DNA of 62,978 nucleotides, the filler included, from Klebsormidium nitens (Eukaryota > Plantae > Klebsormidiophyceae), in the NCBI GenBank assembly GCA_000708835.1. It is 9 parts of 9 records of this genome, joined end to end, with 100 filler letters (N's around TTAATTAATTAA, not from the genome) between each part and the next. Parts side by side here need not be neighbours in the genome. Positions count along the whole stretch, not along the records: positions 43,998 to 46,440 come from DF238689.1; positions 46,541 to 48,599 come from DF238752.1; positions 48,700 to 62,978 come from DF238048.1; 6 more parts are not named here. One strand, given 5' to 3'. Position numbers and translations under genes: made by a program. Below, piece by piece: positions 46,033-59,300 of the stretch. Each line of letters opens with the position of its first letter. Position 1 is the stretch's first letter. A model generated the notes under the pieces. The model saw nothing but the letters and a program-made list of their open reading frames with translations. It was not told the DNA's origin and did no database searches.

Positions 46033-49000
46033 GGCTGATGCACAGCTAGATACCTATGTTACGTCGCCAGTTCTCCCAGCTGAAGCCAGTGAACTGTGGT
46101 CCTGGAAGAAAGCGAACGGATACATATCACTATTATAAGACGGAAAGCAAAGCAGCACAATAGGTACATTAGGTATCCTATCGCCGATATTTCAGGTACT
46201 TGCGGAGTGGTGTCCGCAATGTGGGACATATATAATCTTCGGAACTTTGCAGACGTAGTATGCTCAAGCCGAATCCCCAAGCTTGCATGGTGTAGAACAA
46301 TGAAATCTCGGGTCCAAAGAGTTGACTTTCAAGAGCTTCTCTCCAGCATGCAAACCCGCGGAACTAAAGCTGGTCGCTTCTATGCAAATATTCGAGGAGA
46401 CACACCACATCCTGACCCCTATATATGGAACTTCGACCGGNNNNNNNNNNNNNNNNNNNNNNNNNNNNNNNNNNNNNNNNNNNNTTAATTAATTAANNNN
46501 NNNNNNNNNNNNNNNNNNNNNNNNNNNNNNNNNNNNNNNNGATTCATTACCGCGCGTGCACCGTCCGATCGGTCAGTTGCGATCCTGGCCCTTCATTTTA
46601 GTCCGAACTTCATTTGGTAGGCCCTGAGGTGCTGGGTTAGTGCCAATACATCAGCGGTTTCATAATGCTGACGGTGCTATTATCAAGCGTATTTCAGGGC
46701 TGATTTTTCTAGTTAACATTCTGGGACCCTTTTCGTGTACCCAATGGTGTCCAAAAAAACCGCTTTCAGGGTGACCTCAAATTTTCATAATCAAGTTGTT
46801 TTCAAAATTATTTGCAGATGTGAATGGCGGGAGCCTTTTGCCAGTTTTGGAGTGTCCGAGTACCCAGGAAATGTACTTGGGTATTCCAACTTTTTCATTG
46901 AGCTCTCATTGACCAGTTGATTCTAGCTTGTGGCAGCTTGCACTGGGCACCTGGGACTCTAAGTCTTGCGGCATTGTAGTCCTACCTTAGCGGTGATGCA
47001 GATGGACAACGCACTTGTACACTTGAAATGTTTATGTAGAAAAGTGCCGTAGGTGGATACCGGCTAAGGGCGAATGAGTTGGCAGACTCTTGACGAGCGA
47101 TCGGAGCCAGCAGCCGCCTGCCGGAGTCGTGCCGATCAGACCGTCTTATGCGCTGCCATGAGTCCAATCCATGCCAATCGGGCTCGGCGAATCCACTTGC
47201 AAGTTGCAGCCGACTCGTCTACATGCTGCAATACAGCAACAGCTGCAATGATGATGGCGAGCTTCGAACCACACTAGTGCATGATGTCTGTCGAGTCGAG
47301 GTGTGCTCACCGTGGACGCCCTTGCAAGGAAGAAACAACACCGATTGTTGTGATGTCTTCTTTTGTTGTGGTCACGTTTTCTTTTGGACCCCTTTTGGAC
47401 ACTTGATTTTACTCTTCCGAGGATCACTGGCAAAGAGTACTGGATTTACGTCGAGATTCTGAGAGGGTGTTGGACGTGATCCGAAACTTCCCTACCACGC
47501 ATGATTAAGCAGACTCAATCGGCCTCGTTACTGGGGACGGGCTGGGGTCCCAGGTTCGAAACGTTGAGTCACATCTACCAAAAGCTCCAGATGGTCGCAG
47601 AGAGAGGAGAAATGATGCACCCCATTGCGCCGTAACTCGAATTTTGGTATTACAACGGTAGCATGCGCTTTTTACCGTTATACTGTCCAATCTTTCTGGC
47701 CACAGCACTGAATGCAGGAAGGACGTGCCAATTATTGTTTGAGGAGTCTCCGGAGAAGCGAAGGTTCTCAAGAACCGACATCAGTGGTGTCCATCGATGC
47801 TTCGCTTAGTGATCGTAAGGAGATGGAGGAATCGTATCTACGGACACTAGCAGATCTCGCGATTGCTTGCTGAGGATTTGGAGCAGTAACGCAGACCTTG
47901 TAAAGAGTGCACATCTGTAAAGGCTGCAGGGCCGGACGTTTGCTGATTTTACAGGCCACACAACTCTACGAAGTTTCTAATCGCGATCAAGTTCCCCGTA
48001 TTATTAAGATTGTCCATTTTAGAGCATGTTCCACCCACGTTGCTGTAGCATTCGTAACTTTGTCAAGATGCAAAGGGGATGCAGAAATAAAAATGATTTT
48101 GTGGCCAGTGCTCCATTTGGTGAAAAACGAAGCATCGAATCAAGCAATACTCACCTAACTATCGGATCGGTTGTGTTCCATATCCGTATATCCGGGACTC
48201 TCCGCAATTCGCTGGTCAGGATTTTTGCTCAACGTCGTGCGGCGGCTTGCTCATATACTGCCAGTTCCGCTGCCATTGAAGTAACCAATCGTGCGTGTAC
48301 ACCGTGTGTCACGTAGCCAGATCTGAATCACGCGGGGACGGTGGCCATATGTCAGTGCCACTTCGAGGTCGGGCCGCCCGTCCCATACGTGCACGTCGGA
48401 CCATGCACATGCGACGCGGGCCCGCATGGCCGCGCGCACTTCTCGCGTCAACAATCATATGTTGACTGCATGACTCGATTCAACCATGAAGTGACTACAA
48501 CTTAGTACAACCGTGCAGTGAACGTTCACTTCGCAACCCAGCTGATTCGCGAAATCAGGCGGATGCATGACCGTAACTTGAGACGGTTCTATTGTGACGN
48601 NNNNNNNNNNNNNNNNNNNNNNNNNNNNNNNNNNNNNNNNNNNTTAATTAATTAANNNNNNNNNNNNNNNNNNNNNNNNNNNNNNNNNNNNNNNNNNNNA
48701 GACTGGTTGCTGTCAAGCTGTCAAACTCGCGCCATTGCGCCTCTGCGTCTCTCTGCGGCTGAGAGATACAGCGCATGCGTATTGAGGACGGGCGTCGTCG
48801 GGTCCGCTAAACCTGCCGGGTGGCGTGTCCCGGCCTTTGTACCGTCGATAAAACCCTACGCGCGTACTACCTAGATGTGGCACTGAATTGGCTCAAGGGT
48901 TGCTCGGCCCGACGCTCCGGGCTCATGTTCATAGGTATCACGTTCGTATACCGTATGCAGGCACGCGGCGCTGCGCTGTCGGTTTTCCGGTTTACGCGAT

Positions 49001-49880
49001 CATCATGCTCGGCACGCTTCAGCGTGCACTGCTGAAGCCATCGTTCATCAGAGGGCTAATAAGCTCAAAATCATTCATGCATACTCGTTCGATCACTTTA
49101 ACTTAGCTATCCCATACTAGTACGCCGACTCGGACCATTAGACTCAGTAGGTCTACCTATATTGCAGGCAGTGAAAGTAGAAGTCTCTCTGAATGTGCAT
49201 AATGTGCAGCACTCAAGATGCTCCGGCTTTCCTCCATGCTATTGCCGTGGGTGACTCGACAACTTTCTGAGGCGAACCTCATCCGCTTCAGCTAGTTATA
49301 TGTACAAGATATGTACGAATTAGCTTGTACGAAACCGGACGCTGAAGCCGGACGCTGAATGAAACTTGTCTGCGGGAGCCAGGAAGTTCATGGGGGTTAT
49401 CCTGACTGACATGCCCGAAAAGCTAGAAGGCAGAATTCATGTTTCGTAGCCTTTCAGTTGAGTTTGTAAAAGGCTCAATCATGGAAACGTTCCACTGAAG
49501 TAAAGTTCCACGTGACTAATTCAAAGGAGAAAAGAGCTCTGCCGCGCGCAACAAGCATAAATTTATTACATCTTATATTCTCACTCCGTTTTGCCTCTTG
49601 CCTCCACTCCTCCACGTTACCAGAAGTTGGTTCCACGTATGCAAGGCCGGGGGCCAAATCGTGATAGCCCAATCTGGTATGAGGAGTGGCCGTTTGGTTT
49701 GAGAGACATCGAGACAACACTGACCAGGTTATTTATAGTACACTTGCGCACCACGTGCTAATCACGTCGCGAACCTTGTCATCGCTGCAGAGGACTTCTA
49801 TTGCAGTCGCTCAGGCCACCGGTCGCCAAAGAGGAAGAGCCGACGTGCCTACTACCCCACTAGATTGCGATTCCCCGGTT

Positions 49881-52800
49881 CTAAGCTTTGAGTGCGCCGG
49901 CAGGAGCCGCCTCCAAGTCGCCCTTCGTGACGTCAGCCGCCACGTCAGCCGCCCCGACGTCCTTCTCGAGGCCCTCGTCTTCGAACTTGTACTTGTTCAG
50001 AGTGCCCCGCTTCACTTTGACGGCGACGATTACGAGAACCAGCAGCCAGTAGGCGATGTATGCGACCACTTGGATGATGGTCGGATCGCAGACGTAGCCC
50101 ACTAGTGCTCTGGCCAACTCGAAGAAGCCTTGGTCCTGTAGGCAAGGAGGTTTAGAAGTTCGTTAGCCGTTAATCCACCTGAGATTCCTTTGTTTACGAG
50201 GCCTTTTTATTTCCGGTCAAGTTGTGTCGGCTGGGCTCAAGCTTTGGTCCTGTGGGAACGGAGATTGAGGGAGTGAAGCAGCTGTTAACCACAGAAAACC
50301 CAGAGATGTTCGTAAGAGACGCGGCCTTCCTCCGCTTGAAAGATGATGGATCTGGGCACAGGGTCAAAACTGATTGCGAGCACATGAATCTCTGACGGAT
50401 TATCACCTCGCGGATGCTCCTTACTTTCCGATCTTGGAAAAGATTTCGACGCGCTCAGAGCAACTTCGAGTTACACGAAGAAAAGACATCCCGCAGCACG
50501 AGATCGTTCGAGAAAAGAATAAGAAACCTTCTGAAGGTACTTGTTTGGAGAATGGGCTCTATGAAACACGAGGATGCCTTCCCCTCAGAAGGGGAGGAAT
50601 CAGATTGAGGGGCGAGTGAGCTATTTGAAGGGGCGCACTCAAGCGGAGCTAGCGGGATTGTGTGGCCGTTCTTATTGTCGATTACTGCCATAATCCCAAG
50701 GGAGAATGTAAAAGTAATCGATGCACTCCTTTGGCTAATCAAAAGCGGATGCTCGCGTATGCGACTTCTTCGCAGACGTGGTCGTCTATTTGAAGTGACC
50801 AAGATGACGTACCAAAGATGACGTTTTGAGGCCTATTAGGGCTTGCAGAAGCAGACCGTTTGGAAAGCGAACCACAGAAAATCTGACAGTCGATCGGATC
50901 TGTACTAGCGTGGGGCCTAGTTGCGGTTACTGGAGCTTCGTGATCTGGGTTCTCTGGACAATCAATCTTCGTCAAGCCTCAAACACAGTGTACATTCGCA
51001 GAGCTAGAAACCCACCTCATCGTCACAACACTTGCAGATGTTCCACAGCGGCCGGTTCTGCCACGGTACGAACCGGTCTTCCTCTTCCACTGGGGAGGGA
51101 CCCGGCGCAATTGCGTTATCCTCGCTGCCCCCGTCGTCATCTTCGTCTTCTTCTGCGGAGTAGCCAAATGCCCCGGCCTGCGATAGATGAGATTCGCTCG
51201 TATGCTGTTGTGCGGGAGCGGTTCAAAATGAGCTCACACTTGGATCCAGACTTCCAAAGCTTGAAAGCGTGACAAAATTGAAAGTTGAGTTTCGTGTCTC
51301 CGAAAGAAAGGAAGGGGAGCAAGCTTTGCTGTGCTCTTGTTCTGAGCCGCTTCATTCAAACAGCCTAGAAAGCGCAAATGAAGCACAAATCTAACAACCG
51401 GAAACAACCAAAATGAACGCGTCAAGTAGTTTTGAACGAGTGGTTTCTTGGCGTATTACCTGAGCTCAGCTCATCTGCAGCCAAGCAGCAATTGTTTCCA
51501 GCATCCCTGGTTAGCCTTACTAATATTCCGAGTTAATCCGGGTTACTTCTATGCTTACCTCCTGAAATTCCCCAAACCCACTCATGAACAAGCCGGCGGC
51601 TATGAACAGCAGGATGACCGTCGAGATGTAGAAGAACCACCTCAACTGTACGGGCTTCAACCTGCAACACGGAAAAAGCAATCACGTTCTCATCTTCATT
51701 TTGCAGATGCCTTGGTTTCATCTCCTCACCGGACTCCTTTAGATGAATGTAGCTTGCGTGCGATGAAAAAGTGGACTGTCAAGTATTGAAAAGGTAGCTT
51801 GCTCTGGGGGTTGCGTCACTAGGCTTTACGTGAAAGGCTGAGAAGGAAGACTGAGAGAAGCCTGAGTAGAACGAGCATCGTTTTGGACCCTTAACATTTG
51901 GTGTTAATTGAAACAAAGGGGGATTTCAAATTCAAAAAGCCACTGGACTTTGTAAGAGTCCAGGTGTCGATCAGTCCGTCCAGCGAAGAGACAAACGAAA
52001 GTACAGAAGTGAAGAAAGTCAAGAGACCCGTCGAGGAAGATTGCCTCGCTTTCCCAGTGCTGATGCTGTGTCCGGCGTGCGGGAAACCGTCATAACAAAG
52101 CCTGCTGAAAAGGTTGACCAGAGACAAACTAACTTCGCCCAGCTGGTGATAAGGACGTGACCTAGTCTTAAGCAGATCGCTGACCTCAGAATGTCTCTAT
52201 GCAATGCAGAAGGTTCGGGTTACCGGATGGACTAGCTGACCCGAAAAAGAGCACGTAACCCAGGCACACTCCCAGAACGGCCCCCACAGCTCCTCCCAGG
52301 GGGATGGCTCGCCAGGGCGTGTTGACCCCCACCCCAGCCAGAAAGAGCACCGACTCGATGCCCTCCCGGAGGACCGCTGTGAAGGCAATGATGAAGAGCG
52401 CGTATGTGACCACGAACTTCCTTTTGCCGGTCTCCACGACCTGCAAACGAGTGAAAATAATATGTTATCAAATTAAATCATGAAATTAATATACTACTCT
52501 TCTGCTTGTGAGAACTCAGGTTATCTCGTCAAGTTTCAAAGGTATGCCGTTTTGCTGGGCAAGCACTGTAATTCCTTTGCGTGGAAGGTTTACTTGACAT
52601 ATAAACACAGGGAGAGTAGGTGTCAAATATCGCGTTAACCTGCACATTCAGCGTAGCAGGTAGCAAACTCTGCTTGACCGATCAAGGGACGTCTACTGCA
52701 GACACACAAGCAGCCAAAATCTGGCCTACCTTTGCACAGAAAGAAAGCCTGTACTGTTGTTTTGAAGCTTTCCCGTCTGCATGAATCCCATCAACAGGGC

Positions 52801-53941
52801 AGCGGTGCGCCGCAGGATTCAAACAAGACTTGAAGTTACGGAGTTTTGCAACTCCCAGATTCTAACTTCTCACAGTAGCCAGATTGAAAACAAGACGGCT
52901 CAGAGAGATCAAATCAAAGGACTCCGAACCAGGCCTCGCTTCTGGTAACCCACCTCTAGCGTTGCGGCCTTGAGCTTCCGGTCCCACTTCTTCTGCAGCT
53001 CCATCATCTTAAGCATACCAAAGGCCAGGACTGTGATCATTACCGAGGCAATGATACATACGATGCCTTCAAAGATGGCCTCTCCTTTCCCAGTGAACAC
53101 TTCGTGGTCAAGCGTGTAGTATATGATGATGAAAACCACGGCGAAGACGAGCGAGAGGAGGAAGCCCAATCCGGCGCCCAGCCAGACTGCAAGAAAAACG
53201 GGAGCAGGTCAGAGAGACACAAGAAACCCCGAGTCTAGTTGTTGAAAGGCCTTTCAACCGAGCTGAAAGTGCGTTACTGGCGGAATGGTGTTTGAAATGA
53301 CCAATTCCTAACCAGCCTTGAGTAACAGGGCTTAATCCCTGCATAAGTTGGGGATATTATAAGCTGAAAAGCACAAAGTCAGGAAAGTGGTAATTCCGAA
53401 GATGTGTGAGACGGAAGTGGGGCAGTGTGTGGGGGTCTGTTGACCTATCTCTGAGCAAAGCTATGCAGGTTTGTGGGCAGGGAGGAGGCAAGAAACTTTC
53501 ATGCACTTTGTTAGAGATGTTGCAGCAAGCTGGGATGGGTATTGAGGCTAGTCATGGGGGGCAGTTTCAAGCGACACCCAGCAAACATCGACCAATTTCA
53601 TCACATATAACGGGGCTGAAATCCTCACATCCCCTAACTAAGCTGAACCCCGGTCCTTACCCGGTCATTCAGCTGACTTTATGAAGGTTATAGAAATCCT
53701 GAATCTGCTCAAGCAACCAGCATTGACACAGTCTTCTATCTATCAATACAAGAAGCCTTCCAGCCACGGCCACTGAAGCCAAGCCTGATGGGATGCTCTG
53801 GAGCTCACCTTGTTTCCTCAGGTGCAGCTTCCCCGTCTTGGTCACGTACTGCAACAGCACCGCTAGAATGACCGCCGCCTCCATACACTCTCTGAACATC
53901 ACAAACATTGCCGTGACGCTGAAGACATTGTCGCTCCCCAT
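49881..53941 (-). CDS. FTR1: High-affinity iron permease (FTR1/OFeT family, spliced)
   Basis: Two REXXE motifs (RECME, REGIE) and about seven TM helices across six phase-consistent exons; the last exon is 50135-49881. Confidence 0.93.
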
Positions 53942-54730
53942 TGTTGCTCAGATGAGGTCCGACGACGATCAGGGGGCAAATGTGGGGCGGAATAACGTCA
54001 GCTGGAAGCGCAATCGGAGAGTCTATCGAGGAATTAGCCTGAAGGGTTGGAATCAGCTATAGCTAATTATAAGCAGCTGAGAAGGATGGAGATCAGGGAC
54101 ACAGGCACCAATGTAGTAGAGAGGCAGTTCTATAATTTTGGTTGTTATCACTTCTGCTGATCAGTGTTCAGCTTGAGCAATTATTGCAAAGCGAAGGAAT
54201 GCTGCTGCGTTCACTGCCTGGTTACCCCTCAGCAGAATATTTCGCCCTCTCTGTCAATTGACGTGCCGCCTATATACCCAAAAGAGGAGGTGAAAGGCAG
54301 ACTTCCATTCATCTGTTATCATCGACAGAGCTCCGGACCCACCGTCAGTGAGCCTGAATGCTGCAGTACAGGCGCTGAGCCTGTACGGTACGGTATAGCG
54401 GGTTGTTCTTGTAGCGCAGCTCGATTCACTCGAGCATTCCGGATCCCCTGAGCTGCAGTAATGCTGAATACATCAATTCAGCCGTTGCCACTGCATATGC
54501 TTATGGTATGCATGCTGGGATGGCAAAGAATGCTCCCCACAGTGCGCATATGAGGATGAACGAGTATGGTGGACACACGCTGCATGTTGACATCGCAATT
54601 CGGCACAGGTAGGTAAAACCCGCACCAAATATCTATCCAATTTCCGCCAGGCTGTCGTAAAGCTGGCACCGGATTGGACGATTTCTGGTCTTTACTGCGT
54701 GACACGTACGCGGACTGGCATATGTACAGG

Positions 54731-55461
54731 CAACCCAGCCTCACAGATTTTATGAGGAATCTCTTATATTACCCAAGGCCGGCAATTGGCAAGTAAGTCC
54801 ATGACGGAACTTCCAGTTCGGTATGGAGAATCTGCTCAGAGCTTATGGTAAATTTGAATCCCCGGGCGGTTGTCACAGGGAAGTACCGGGCACACTAAAA
54901 ACCTAGGAAAAATTGACCGCCACACACTAATGTTACTGGGAGGTGCCCGGTTGTCACCCGGTTGCCCGCGAGACCCTAATGTCACAGGGAGGGCCCGGTT
55001 GCTCTCCGGGTAGTGTGCGAGACCCTAATGCTAGTGGACTTGCAGTGTTGGTGGCACCCGGGGCAAGCCGTCGCGGACCACCACCCCACCCCCTCCAATT
55101 AGGGGCGCCGCCCTTATCAGGCTTACGTACTGCAATCCACACGGTCGCGGCGAGCAATTCTTTGTGGGTCAAAACGGTCGCTTCGGCCGTCCTTCACGGT
55201 CGATATTAGGCCGTGCACTGCCGATCGGACGGCGCAGATACCTCGCCGTGGATATGTTGCTCAATGCTGAGCCCGGGGCCCGCCGGGCGGCAGCACACCG
55301 GGTGGCACATATCCGCGCCGGCGGCAGCCTAATTCTTCATACACCCTTTTCAAATATCTCATACCAATATGGAAGTTTCGTCATTGACTTATGGCAATAA
55401 TACCGTTTTCCGGACGTGGGTAAAATGAGAGATTCCTCATAAAATCTGTGAGGCTGGGTTG
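54731..55461. mobile_element. Non-autonomous long-TIR DNA transposon (731 bp), P/Galileo-like by TSD
   Basis: TIR CAACCCAGCCTCACAGATTTTATGAGGAATCTC.. matches the reverse complement at the right end (2 mismatches in 45 bp, imperfect to ~110 bp). 7-bp TSD GTACAGG at 54724-54730 and 55462-55468. Confidence 0.9.
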
Positions 55462-55781
55462 GTACAGGACCGGCTCCATCGGAGTTTCCGATCTATTGAC
55501 TGCTGGGGCCGGCGGCCGGGCCGGCCGCGGCACCGGCCGGGCTGACGGTCGGCCTCGCCTCAGGTGCCGCCGGCGCTAGCTGATACTGATACTGTTACTC
55601 AGCTATCTATACTGTATAATTGCAACTGCTAAAAACTACACGCGAGGAGCGGCTTTCTCAGTAAGTGCTCGGATATGCATACTAATAAGCTGCAAGAAGT
55701 TGGACTGCTGATGAACGTACGATGTTCTGCGATCGGGTCACCTGATTTGCCTAAAGACAATATGTCTCAGTTCTTCGCGCC

Positions 55782-56105
55782 CTTGCTAAACCCCTTTCAA
55801 TTTGGCTCAGACCTGAACTTTCATCCCACTAGGCTCTGATTCAACTTCTATTTTATCGTGTGAAGCAGCCGAAGCAGCCCAATATATAGGAATAGATCGT
55901 TGATACCCAGTGACGTTTGTCTACAATTGGGGCACCTTTGCATGCCAGAAGGCAATATGTCTTCTTCGCGCTGGGTCTTATAAAATCCCGGTTCAATTTT
56001 GCTCAGACCCAGTGGACTTTCATACCACTAGGCTCTTCTTTACCTTCTATCATATCGTGTCAAGCAACCGAAGCAGCCCACAACAATAGATCGTCGACTA
56101 TTAAC
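55782..56105. repeat. Diverged ~190-bp tandem duplication downstream of the GH10 gene
   Basis: ttcaattt.gctcagacc...ccactaggctct...atcgtgt.aagca.ccgaagcagccca...aatagatcgt occurs twice. Confidence 0.7.
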
Positions 56106-56314
56106 CTTTTTCTAAAATGCCTACTGATCTCAACGTTTACGACTGCATAGCCGGTGCCTACGAACGTTCATCACGTTTTATTCCGCGGCAGCAACCGGCA
56201 GTCTTCGCAAGCGGCCAAGAAAGTCATCCGGCCGGGCGGCGTCCCTCTTGCGCTAACAAAATAGGAACGTTTTTTGCGGGCCCTAAAATTAGCTTGACAC
56301 GCCACCGTGCAGTT

Positions 56315-59300
56315 TCACAGTCCCTGGTAACTCCCGGAGGCGCAGGTGGCGTGTCCGTTTGCAAACGGACCGCACCCCCGGTTGTCGCAGCAAATGAAGC
56401 CGGATCCATCTGGGCCGTAGCACTGCCAGGAAAAGGAAAAGCGCGCGCTGTTCAGAGCAAGGAACCGCCGAGGATCCACAGGGGTTTTTGGCAATTAACC
56501 ATAGTCGGTTACGGGCTGGTTCAAAGCTGGTTAACGGTCCAATAACCAAACTCGAGCAGTAACCATGATTTTTACATGGCTGTAACGCGGTTATTGGTCA
56601 GAGAACCACACTAAATTCTGGTTATCAAACCTGGTCAGCAGCCAAACCTTCATGTGATCGAAAGTTGAAGAAGCGCAACCGAGAAGAGATGGCAAGGGAT
56701 ACAGGTCTTGCCCAACCCTGAAGGGAAAAGCAGAACAAGACAAACGGAACGGAACAGAGCCAGCCGGGGCCGGAACGCACGCGCGCGTCAAAGGACAAAC
56801 AAAATCACGAGCAGATCACAATCTCGTTGCACCAACCTGGTTGGGGAACTGGCCCTGGAAGTCGCAGAGTCCGCCGCGCGCTGCAACGGAAGAAGAAAGT
56901 GGCGGGACCCGTTAGTGGGCTTTTAAACCGGACGGCGAAAGAGAGTGCGGCACTCGACGACTGGAGACAAACGCGGCTGCCGCGAAGCTCGTAAGAGTCT
57001 CTGAGTCCCTGACTTATGGAAAGGTCTGATGCCAATTCGGAAAGACGTTTGCGTGACTTGGGCGCCAAGCAAGAACTGAAATTCGCAAGGTCTGATTTAG
57101 CGAACCAACACGCGAACGAGAGTCGATTCTACAGTAGTAGCCTGTACCTCCGATTGTGGTCTGTCAAGCGGATCTTCGAAGGGGTAAGCAGCCCGTCTTA
57201 ATCGCGGCCACTCTAATCCGCCTACTCCAAGACAACTCGATTTTCCGAGTCGCTTCCCGCCCGCTACAGAGCCGCGGCACCTGTATCCGATTTGCATCGA
57301 ACATTCCCTGCCGATGGGTCTAGCATAAAATGAGTCATTCGAATCAAGCCGCTAACCTGGGCTCGGGTTGGGAACGGCACCCGGCGCAGAGGTCGGGTTA
57401 ACCGGGGCGGGGGTCTGGTTGACCGGAGCCGAAGTCGGGTTAGCTGGTGCCGGAGTCGGGTTAACGGGTCCCGGGGTAGGGTTAACCGGTCCTGGGGTCG
57501 GGTTAACCGGTCCTGCGGTTGGGTTAACCGGTCCCGGGGTCGGGTTAACGGGTCCAGGGGTGGGGTTTGCAGTCGGAGAAGCGGTTGTGGGGCTCGGGTT
57601 AGTGGGAGCTGCGGTGGGGTTTGAGACCGGGGCACCGGCGTACCGGTTGCTTGCACACGTGGCTCGTGACCCGGAGAAGGGGCCGCACCCACTGCCGTCA
57701 CAGCAGACGAAGGTATCACCGCCTGGGGCGTAGCACTGGACAATAAGGAGGGTTTGGTTTAAATGGGTTAGCGACCCGAATTGAGCGTGAATGTGGAGAA
57801 GGAAAGTCAGCTCACGGTACGCTGTGAATCTTTCTCGCCTGTGGCATAAGAGTGGACGAGCACTTGATTAATAAAACCGATTAGTGGTCGGCCGGTTACA
57901 GGCGTGAAAGCTCAGGACACAGGTTTGGCTGCCGCAATCAAAGGCGGTGGTCCGAGAGACAAACATACCAAAAATGTCACCATTTACGAGACTGTGAAGG
58001 ATGCAAGCGACCGAGTAGAAATGGAAGTGCGAACAGCGCACGAGCTATCGGGCTGCAATTTGGGAACAGGGAGACACCCACGGTATTGTTTAACCCATAA
58101 GAGATTACCTACCTGATTTGGAAAACCGGCCACTCCGACACAAGTTCCACCTGCAAAACAGGACAGGGAATGTCAACATCCAAGGAAAGATAATCACGTC
58201 AGAGCTCTTTTAGATAGATGGGATATACGCAGAGGGCCTCGAAGCCGTGACTTTGATTGTTGATTGCCTCCTCACGAGACACTCAACACCACGATTGGGT
58301 GACGCGAATTGTATCTTCTGACCATTCGCCCTTTCAAAGAAGGTCGCTGGCTGGGGAAAGTAAGGAGCCGACTCGGAGCGTCGAGCATTGAACCGGATAA
58401 CAGCATCATGTCTAAAGGCTAACGCCTAAGTTTCACGTCCCAGCTTCGCGGGCTTCTAGAATGATGCGAACGGCAACAAGACATTGCTTGACCTGAACAA
58501 GGAAAAGACGTTGGCTCGATCCCCGCAAGACCAAAACGGCAGGTACTTCGGAAGACTCATCCACCGGAAACCGTGAAAGGTGAGTAAAGATTTGAGATCA
58601 GAGCAAACGAATTCTTGCAGAGGCGGCATAGCTTTGTGGGTGATTTAGCAAACTCACCCGCTGGGGAGGGGGCGGGCGTGCCGGAAGGCGCGTTTGCTGC
58701 GTAAGAAAACGGTGAGCAGTTTGAGTGTCGTTGCAGTCCATAAGTAAGTAAATTTCTCAAAGTGTAATATTTCACTTGCTTTCAGATATCATTACCATAT
58801 CCAATCGGAACGCATGATTGCACCCATATCAGTCGATGCACGGCCGCGATCCGTTGTTTTCGCAGCGACCATTGGTGCGAGATGCGCTAGCCGTGCACTT
58901 GGAAGGCGCAGCTGTCGCAGCAAGCTCGCAGCAAGCCTTCGCCTAAATCTAAGAAGATAGATATCAGGGGGCGACAGAAGAAAACAGACCTGGAGTAATT
59001 GTCAGGAAAGCTAGCGGCGATGCCGCGAAACAGCGCATGACTGCAAACTCCTTTAAAGGCTCAACCGCGCCCTTCGCAAGAGCTCGTCCCCGAAAAAAGT
59101 GTTAGCTTCAGGAACAGATCCGCTGAAAGAGACGACTAGCTCTGCTAGGGCGTAAAATTCGGAACCTGCAAGTGTGTATTAAAAGACGCACTGCAGAGAT
59201 GACGGGTTTGGCAAGAGCGAACCTGGATGCGACCATGCTGTCATATTATCGCCGTGGATTTTTTTTGACCCTGAAAAGCTGTCGCCAAGGAAACGCGGAA

